Positions 56,099-64,000 of a stretch of 64,000 nt of DNA are shown in pieces. The DNA is taken from NCBI GenBank assembly GCA_951406725.2, contig OX597825.1:31248001-31312000 (forward strand), read 5' to 3'. Each line of letters starts with the position of its first letter. The first letter of the stretch is position 1. Under the pieces are notes generated by a model. It was not told where the DNA came from. It made no database searches and saw only the letters and a program-made list of their open reading frames with translations. Source of the stretch: Octopus vulgaris (Eukaryota). Position numbers and translations under genes: made by a program.

Positions 56099-56171
<73 letters not shown>

Positions 56172-57325
56172 CATGTATATTTATATGTCTATATATATAT
56201 GTATGCATGTATATTTATATGTCTATATATTTATGTTTGCATGATTTATATCTGTATCTATAAATTAATATGCGTATATTCAGTAAATTGACTTACAGTG
56301 GAATGTTCTGAGTTAATTACGATGAATGCAAAAATAGAGGATTATAATTTTGCTCTTTATCATGTTTTTGTATTTTCATATTTCAGGTGTTTAATTTGTT
56401 ATGTTCATGAATTAGCACGGAAATTATAATTCAGGTCTCAGAGCAGAGAAATTTCTTTTACAACTCTCTTCCTCTCATTAGTTTGTGAGACGTGCGAATT
56501 ACCACATGAATTGTCTATCTTTGTCTATATCCCACATCAGTACATATTCAGACGTTTAAGTGCGCGCACGAGTGCGGCCGTTCGATTTAATAGTGGCTGG
56601 CACCTAACCTCTCTGTTGACAAATTTACAAGCGGTCGATACATCTTACAGACCTACAAAAACTATGTCTGTAGAAGTCTGTCATATGAAAGAATAATTAA
56701 AAACGCATAAACTATTACCTAGCCATACGATACATACATTTCTGGAGACCGAAAACGATATTATCTACTTGCTTATTCTATCATTTAATATTGATCTTTT
56801 CCTCTGTTCCCCAGTGTATTGCTCAATGGATTTATATTGTGGGTTATTCAGTACTTATTATTCTTATTCTCTTGGTTTTATTTGTGATATACAAATGTAT
56901 TTGAATAAACGCATCTACTAGCTATATGTATAAATTCGTGAAAATACAAGTTTTCTGTAGCAAATGTATTATACACGGAATTCTGATGAGCTGGTATTCG
57001 ATAAATCGGTATATTGACACACCTTCAGTTTATAGTTGCATATATTATATAATGATACAGCAATATTCTTGAGTTTGAATGTTGGTGAAACACTTGTAAA
57101 TTTATGTAATTAAACAATTTTCTCATTCATTAATTGCATTAATTCTACGGATATTACAGAGTTTCGGAAATATGATCTGTAAAATGACCTTAAACATATA
57201 AACTCCAAGATTAATACCCAAATGAAATCTATAAATGTGTGTGCGCGTGCGCACGTGCGCGGGTGTATGAGTGTGTATTTGCGCGTGCGTCGTATTTGTG
57301 TGTGGCACGTCTCATCGTTTCTCAC

Positions 57326-57355
57326 CTTTTCTTCACTGTCCTTGAACCTCTTGTG
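57326..57355 (-). CDS. Candidate 30-nt microexon
   Basis: tttttcgttag|CACAAGAGGTTCAAGGACAGTGAAGAAAAG|gtgaga. Confidence 0.4.
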
Positions 57356-57384
57356 CTAACGAAAAACTGATGCTTAACTCATAT

Positions 57385-57725
57385 AATTTCGTTTGGGATT
57401 TGGTTTGCAAAATTCTTTATATGAGTTCGTGTGTTGAAGCATATTCTGTTGTGTCTGGGGAGAGTCCTTTTCTTTTTGTGCCTTATAAAAATAAATTTCC
57501 ACTTTTTTCCTTATTTTTATTTTCCTAAAATTTTCGTTGCGTCTTGCAACCTTTTCAATAGTCTTGACTCTCTGAGAGTCAAGACTAATGAAAAAGTATT
57601 GAAAAGGTTGCAAGATGCAACGAAAATTTTAGGAAAATAAAAATGAGAAAAAAAAGTGAAAATTTTACCGGTGAGTGTGTTACATTATAAGGCACAAAAA
57701 ATGACTCTCCCCAGACACAACAGAA
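57385..57725. repeat. Long palindrome (inverted repeat)
   Basis: Arms ~57447-57560 and ~57597-57724 are complementary; central stem TAGTCTTGACTCTC-T-GAGAGTCAAGACTA (57559-57587). Confidence 0.9.
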
Positions 57726-57727
57726 TA

Positions 57728-57870
57728 ACTCATATAAGTTTCTCCATAAGCAGTCTGGAACATTTCATAAGGTTCCATGACATTTTTGCCCAGTTTAACA
57801 CAAATCTTTGTTGCATAACGAGTTTCCAAATTTTCTTCACGTTCCGACTGCATTCTGCAATCTAGTCAGC
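57728..57870 (-). mobile_element. Mariner transposase N-terminal fragment
   Basis: Minus strand MQSEREENLETRYATKICVKLGKNVMEPYEMFQTAYGETYMS fits the mariner R.AIKFC.KLGK.ATET.EMLQ.AYG pattern. Confidence 0.75.
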
Positions 57871-58139
57871 TGTGACAAATTGTGTTTAGGATGATGTGTT
57901 TTAAGTGCTGTTACATCCGTCTCCTTCAATTTGGAATAACAAAAGTTGGCAGGTCAGCTTATTTGATGTATAGTAATGATATACTAAAATTACAATAATC
58001 CAGGACAGTTATAACTGCCTCGCTTAAAAAAAGTATCAAAGCTTCTGGAATCTCATATTGATGAGTATTCCAGAAACACTTTCACTCTCCACGTAATCCA
58101 CCGACAGCATCTGCTGCCCTTTGGATCGCAAGACACTCC

Positions 58140-58855
58140 AGCGTGTGACAAATTTTGCCCTTTGGATTATGGGTACACTCCATCAGCATGTGACCAGTTT
58201 TGTCCTTTGGATTACGAGTATACTCCATCAGCGAGTGACAAGTTTTGTCCTTTGGATTACGGGTACCATCCATCAGCATGTGACAAGTTTTGCCCTTTGG
58301 ATTACGGGTACATTCCATCAGTGTGTGACAAATTTTGCCCTTTGGATTACGGGTACACTCCATCAGCATGTGACCAGTTTTGTCCTTTGGATTACGAGTA
58401 TACTCCATCAACGAGTGACAAGTTTTGTCCTTTGGATTACGGGTACATTCTATCAGTGTGTGACAAGTTTTGCCCTTTGGATTACGGGTACATTCTATCA
58501 GTGTGTGACAAGTTTTGCCCTTTAGATTACCGGTACCATCCATCAGTATGTGACAAGTTTTGCCCTTTGGATTACGGGTACATTCTATCAGTGTGTGACA
58601 AGTTTTGCCCTTTAGATTACGGGTACATTCTATCAGTGTGTGACAAGTTTTGCCCTTTGGATTACCGGTACCATCCATCAGTATGTGACAAGTTTTGCCC
58701 TTTGGATTACGGGTACCATTCTATCAGTGTGTGACAAGTTTTGCCCTTTGGATTACGGGTACATTCTATCAGTGTGTGACAAGTTTTTCCCTTTGGATTA
58801 CCGGTACCATCCATCAGTATGTGACAAGTTTTGCCTTTTGGATTACGGGTACAGC
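58140..58855. repeat. 45-bp minisatellite, ~16 units
   Basis: Unit GTGTGTGACAAGTTTTGCCCTTTGGATTACGGGTACATTCTATCA; no unique spacers. Confidence 0.97.
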
Positions 58856-59339
58856 CCATCCGACGAAGTTCACTCAGTTTACCTTTACCCAGAGGTAAAA
58901 TATACTGGACCAAAATGTCACGCTATGTCACGGTACCCGAAATTGCATAGCTATTAGGAAGTCTTTACTTCTTGGTAACTTTTAATAAGGGAAATATGTT
59001 GAAGTTTGCTAAGAAAGCCCCTTTTTAAAAGCATTTATATAACTTCGCAAACCTTCACCTTCCCTTTTTCTTATACCAAAAAGGTTGTTCAAAATCTCAC
59101 TAAGTGAAATGTAGAAACGTAGCAAGTTCGGGTCAAAGAGGGGGGGGGCAGTTGATTACATCGACCACCAGTACGCAACTGGTATTTATATTATTCGACT
59201 TCGATAGGCAAAATCTTCCTCAGCGGTATTTAAACTCATAACATAAAGACGGATGAAATGCCGCAAAGCATTTTGTCTGGTTACGTACTGAAGATTCTGT
59301 CCGCTCGCCGCATCATTTTTTTCTGTAACATATTAGTTT

Positions 59340-59530
59340 CAATTTCGGGGCAAAGGGAACAGTCGATTATATTGACTCCAGTATTCAACTAGCACTTATT
59401 TTATCGACCCCGAAAGAACGTAAGGCATAGTGGACTTCGGCGGAATTTGAACTCAAAACGTAAAGATGTATGAAATGTTGCTAAACGTTTTGCGTGGCGT
59501 GCTAACGATTCTACCAGCTCGCTGCCTTAT
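59340..59530 (-). mobile_element. Third SINE family (GGCAGAATCGTTAGCAC..GAGTTCAAATTCC..CTTTGCCTTTCATCCTTT..GTCGATAAAATAAGTACC)
   Basis: Recurring ~200-bp element. Other copies at ~1-135, 5070-5260, 24630-24800, 36820-37000, 43815-43930, 44940-45125, 59110-59310 and 59860-60030. Confidence 0.75.
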
Positions 59531-60181
59531 TTTTTCCGTAAAATGTTAACGTTATTTTTAATTTCTTAAAAAAAAAAAAAAACTCAAGCACAAAGACACG
59601 CACAAATATATACGTATATGATATATGCGTCAGGTTTCTTTTAGTTTCATCTCCCAAATCCAAAGACAAGGCTTTAGTTGGCCCATAACTTTAGAAGACA
59701 CCTATCCAGTACCACGCTCTGAGACTGACCACATGACCACATAGCTGGGAAACAAGCTTCTTAACCACACAGCTACGTTTGCGTCTATACAAAACATCTG
59801 AAATTCCATCTGTGACATCACTGACATAAGTTTTATTATTGTTTTATTTAAGACGCGAACTAGCAGAATCGGTACAGCATCATGCAAAGTGGCTGGCGGC
59901 TTTTCTTCCGGTTCTTTACATTTAAATCCCCAGAGATTGACTTTGCCTTTCTTCCTCCTGGTGCTGATGAAATAAGGAGCAGTTAAGCACTGGCATCAAT
60001 GCAATCGTCTTCCAACTTACAACTGCCGGCATTGTGTTAAAAGATACATATATATCGATTTCTTTAAAAGAAATAAATAAATGAACGAAGAGTGGGACAA
60101 TGCCTTCTGTCATTTGAGTCTGATCCAATGAGATCAATAACGGTTGATGATCAGTTTTCCTCTTTCGCAAATTAAACTTAC

Positions 60182-60199
60182 CTGTCGGGATGCCATAGG
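60182..60199 (-). CDS. Candidate 18-nt microexon
   Basis: aatttcctttatag|CCTATGGCATCCCGACAG|gtaagt: consensus acceptor and donor. Confidence 0.4.
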
Positions 60200-60318
60200 C
60201 TATAAAGGAAATTAAATGGTGGGATCGCATTTGTGACTGGAAGGATTGGATAGATGATGTTGTTGATGATGATGATGATGTTGATGATGATGATGATGAT
60301 GATGATGATGACGACGAC

Positions 60319-60352
<34 letters not shown>

Positions 60353-60928
60353 GGAGGAGGAGGAGGTAAGTAGCCAGAACTTTAAACTACTACACGGTCT
60401 CTACTTGCCAGGACCCTTAGATCCTTTCTCCTTCAGCATTAAAGCATTAATCTCTTTATATACTTCTCTTAATCTTTTTGTTTAGCCCCAGTTCAGGCGC
60501 TTATCGAAAAGAGTCAATGATCAAAGGCTGTTTTTCTATGCAGGATCATCGTGTCTTGTCAATGGGAAATTCAGGCGATATTATCTAATGCTTCCTTTTC
60601 GTTTTCTAAACGGTAAGACGTGATTTGAGGAAGATTTTGTTACTATTTCTAGGAGATCAAACGGTGACCCGCAGACATTGTTTACTAGAGAGAGCTAAAC
60701 TGTGTTGCACTAATGAAGTTTAGTAACAGCTTATTACACGCTGTTCGGATGAGAATTATTCAGTGAGGAAAAGAGAAAAATTCTTAGAAATAATTATATT
60801 TTTTTATGCATTTTCTTGTTTCTTTTATTTATTTATGTGCGTATATAATAAATTCAGATAGGTATATATTTGTTCATGTATTATTGTTTCCAAGATTTGT
60901 AGGACGTGTATGTATGTATGTATGTATG

Positions 60929-60959
<31 letters not shown>

Positions 60960-61302
60960 GTATGTATGTATGTATGTATGTACGTACGTACGTATGTATG
61001 TATGCATCATACATTTATATGTATATATATGTATGTATGTGTATATGTATGTATAGTCTTGCAATAAATCCAGATAGAAGTCCATAATACTATCAAGAAG
61101 ATCGAGATATCCAGATTTCTATTAAATCACTACTTATTTTGGAAATTATTGAGGTAAATCTCATTGACTGAGGGTCAATATATTTTTGTCGTTGTTATTG
61201 AATAATGGCAATCATCCAAAATGGCGTGATTTTTACAGCGAACAGAAATTGCTCATCTCTTAACCAACATTGATATACGCTAATAAGAATACTGTCACGA
61301 AC

Positions 61303-61459
61303 CTACTTCCTGAATATGTTATTGCCATTAGGATTCCTTTCTTTTCTAGTTGTACATGGTGAATGTTTTTCGTAAAGGAAGATGGTAGGGCGAATGAGAA
61401 GTTAAACAGTTCAGGCGTTGTTGTTGCGTTTATCTCCAAGATTAAGCTCCAAGATAAAC
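61303..61459 (-). CDS. Candidate exon of an unrecognised upstream gene
   Basis: ttttattttag|(G)LSWSLILEINATTTPELFNFSFALPSSFTKNIHHVQLEKKGILMAITYSGS+AG|gttcgt; open frame, 157 nt; phase-compatible with the 60182-60199 candidate. Confidence 0.4.
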
Positions 61460-61859
61460 CTAAAATAAAAAACACTGTCGGTTTAAGACATGGACAGACC
61501 GAGTAGTTACTCGGAGTTAGGGAGGCTCACAAGTCTGAGAAAACCAATTCTAATCTATATATGCTGTGGTTTGTTGTCAAAAATATACATATAAAAGGCT
61601 TCGATTTATCCACGGTCTAATCATATTGCTAAGATGGGGGTCTGTGATAAAGGCGCTCCGACAGTGACCATCTCAAATTTTAATGGAATAAGAATTACGA
61701 AACTTCAATCAATCGAAATTATCCGAGCTGTTTGTAGACAAAAGCTCCCTCTGGGAGTGTTTTAAGATCAAACATCAATAGGCAAGGGAGATAACTTCGA
61801 TAAAATCTGTTGATCGAAATTTTCGGATACTATAAAAAAATGCAAATTTGAATTGAGAA

Positions 61860-62620
61860 GTACCTCACTTGATCCTATGGCTGAACTCATCACTGCTTTC
61901 TTGACCACATCCAGGATTTCTTTCCAGATGGGCTTCTTCTCAAATTCCAGAGTTGGTGCAAGTGAACTTATCAAGAACCTGCACTGTTCTAGGTCTTGGT
62001 CTCTGAAATCGTCAATGAAGATGGCTCTGAGGTAAATGTCGATCAACTTGAGTTGATGGATTTTAAGGCTCTAATACTCATAATGTTTTCTTCTCCTCCA
62101 GTCCCAATCTCCCCCACGCTAAACTGATGATAATGCTGGTCATTGCCTAGAGACGATGATCGATATCACCCTTGACTGTTCTTTCCAAGAGATTGCCAAC
62201 ATCGTTATCAAACTGGTGCTCTTGCTCCTCTTCCTCTTCTTCCTTCCCTTCCCCTTCCTCCAGCTCCTCTTCCTCTTCTTCCTTCCCTTCCACTTCATCT
62301 TTCTCCTCCTCTTCCCTTTCACCTTCTCTTCTTCATCGTCATCATCGTCATCGTCATCATCATAATCATCCTCAGCTTAGAACCATTTTACTCGACGATG
62401 TTTTGTGATTCTGTGTGGGCCTGAATCTTGCGACACCCGGCGGTTCCGGGAATTGTGGAATGACTACGGACTTACCTCCTCCTGCGTTTCACCAGGATTG
62501 GTTCCTGTGCACTGTGGAACTTGGGCCATCTCCACGCATTTCATTTTGGACACGTAGATATTCAGTCCAAGTAGGTTCGCGTAAACCTCTCAACAAACTT
62601 ATTACATATCCATTGTTTAT
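61860..62620 (-). mobile_element. Decayed Hero/NeSL-type (R2-superfamily) LINE, N-terminal part
   Basis: Minus-strand fragments C*EVYANLLGLNIYVSKMKC..TGTNPGETQEE, QFDNDVGNLLERTVKGDIDHRL*AMTSIIISLA and IDIYLRAIFIDDFRDQDL..WKEILDVVKKAVMSSAIGSS resemble Hero-family ORFs from memory. Interrupted by a simple repeat at ~62220-62370. Confidence 0.65.
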
Positions 62621-63529
62621 TTTCAATTATTAATCGTTATCATTTGGTCTATCCTTTTGAGATGTTCATCTTCCCCACTCCCTATCTAGGACTCTTGAGA
62701 AACGGAAGGAATGTAGTGACATTGTTTCTAAATATCAACAACGGAGGTAAGGGGAAATACATCAGCCGAATGTTTATCGCCACTTAAACGTGGATGTTCT
62801 GCTAGAACAAAGTATACTGCGTGAGAAAAATATCATATTGGCTTTCGGTTTGTAGTTTATTCAGAATATTCACGTTTAAGAGTGGCTAAATATTAACTCA
62901 CGGTATTAATACTGCCTCTGTCACTAAAATATATATTTTAATCAGCCGAATACGTCCACTCCTTACCACACCAAAAAGGTATAGAAAATATGATCGAAAA
63001 TCTGCACACTTGTTCCAAGAATGTTGATTTTCGTTTCCACGTTGAGCTTCTGTCACATGGCGCCTATCAAACGGCTTCCGCCCCTTCGTGTCTAGAAGTA
63101 TAGGCTTTAGCTCGGATAACGTAGTCGAACATCATTATCAACGATAGCACATCGGACGTTGCCTTTCCCCACTAACAGTCTCTTCTAAACTACTTGTAAC
63201 AGGATGAAAAGTCTGTAACACTGTAGGGGTGCAGCTCTCATCCCTTACATTAAACTATTAATCGAAGGAAAAGCCAAGACTTCCGAATAACTTCAACAGC
63301 ATAAATATTTTTATTCTGGATTCGCAATATATACATTCTTCTTCAGTGCGAATCGGCAGCCTAGGAGCTCGTCGCAGTAATCAAGTGGAGTGAGCCAAAT
63401 CCTGTCCGTTCAAGCATAGTGTAGCAACGCCACGAGGTGACAGTTTGAGAGAGCTACTAAAACACGTCCTTCCTGTTAGGCTGTCGGCATTCGAGAGAAA
63501 TCGATACGCGGGAAATTTTGCTGCTGCTA

Positions 63530-63625
63530 GTTTTCTGCACATGCGCATGAGGGAACTTCCGGCAGGCCTCCCGGAAGAATCCAACTCTGCGCACGCAGGC
63601 TGAAGACCACAAAAATGGCGTCACT
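63530..63625. promoter_or_regulatory. Cluster of housekeeping-promoter motifs in GC/CpG-rich DNA
   Basis: NRF1-like TGCACATGCGCA (63536-63547) and TGCGCACGCA (63588-63597); ETS-like ACTTCCGG (63555-63562) and CCGGAAG (63571-63577); YY1-like AAAATGGCG (63612-63620). Confidence 0.5.
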
Positions 63626-64000
63626 ACATACTTATTAGCTCTTCCAAATTTACTCTTTCCTATCACCAGACACTTGTCAAAACATATCGTATCTACTGTA
63701 ATCCTTCTCTTTAAGGAGACCCACTATCAATTGTTGTTGGATGTCTCCATCAATTCCCGATGTATTAGTTCGCTAATACAATTTCTCAGGTTTCTAATAC
63801 CGAGAATGACAAGTTCAACTTCCGGTAACCGAGTCCTTGATTATTTGTCATGTCCAAATTAACTTTGCAGATCACAAAATTGTAGCCTGGATAACTAAAT
63901 GTGAACATCTTACACTCTCCCTACCCGCGGATTTTGTTTTGTCTTATTTTGCCACTAGATAGCTGAGACACAGAACAGACACACAAGTATTAGCTGCCTG

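Noticed and set aside
58140-58855. CRISPR-like array
   Set aside because: Units are contiguous with no unique spacers, there are no cas genes, and the context is eukaryotic; it is a minisatellite.
62755-62955. Short inverted repeat (GCCACTTAAACGTG..CACGTTTAAGAGTGGC) with ATCAGCCGAAT direct repeats
   Set aside because: Too short and degenerate to assign; probably an old MITE fragment.

Overview
AT-rich, microsatellite- and retroposon-dense animal genomic DNA. The repeat content (tRNA-derived CORE-like SINEs, abundant RTE 3' tails ending in (GAT)n, mariner relics, long (TA)n/(CA)n/(GATA)n tracts) suggests an octopus or other coleoid cephalopod; this is an inference. The one confidently recognisable gene is DPH5 (diphthine methyl ester synthase) on the minus strand. 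Six coding exons (49045 down to 14101) splice in phase with GT-AG boundaries. I did not find the remaining 3' exons, so they probably lie left of position 1. Upstream of DPH5 (51.7-63 kb), a phase-consistent chain of small minus-strand exon candidates may be a second, unrecognised gene. The most unusual structure is a 610-bp foldback element with inverted telomere-like repeats, sitting exactly between two copies of a ~210-bp flanking sequence next to the DPH5 promoter. Almost all ORFs in the supplied track are microsatellite or TE artefacts. All coordinates were read by eye.
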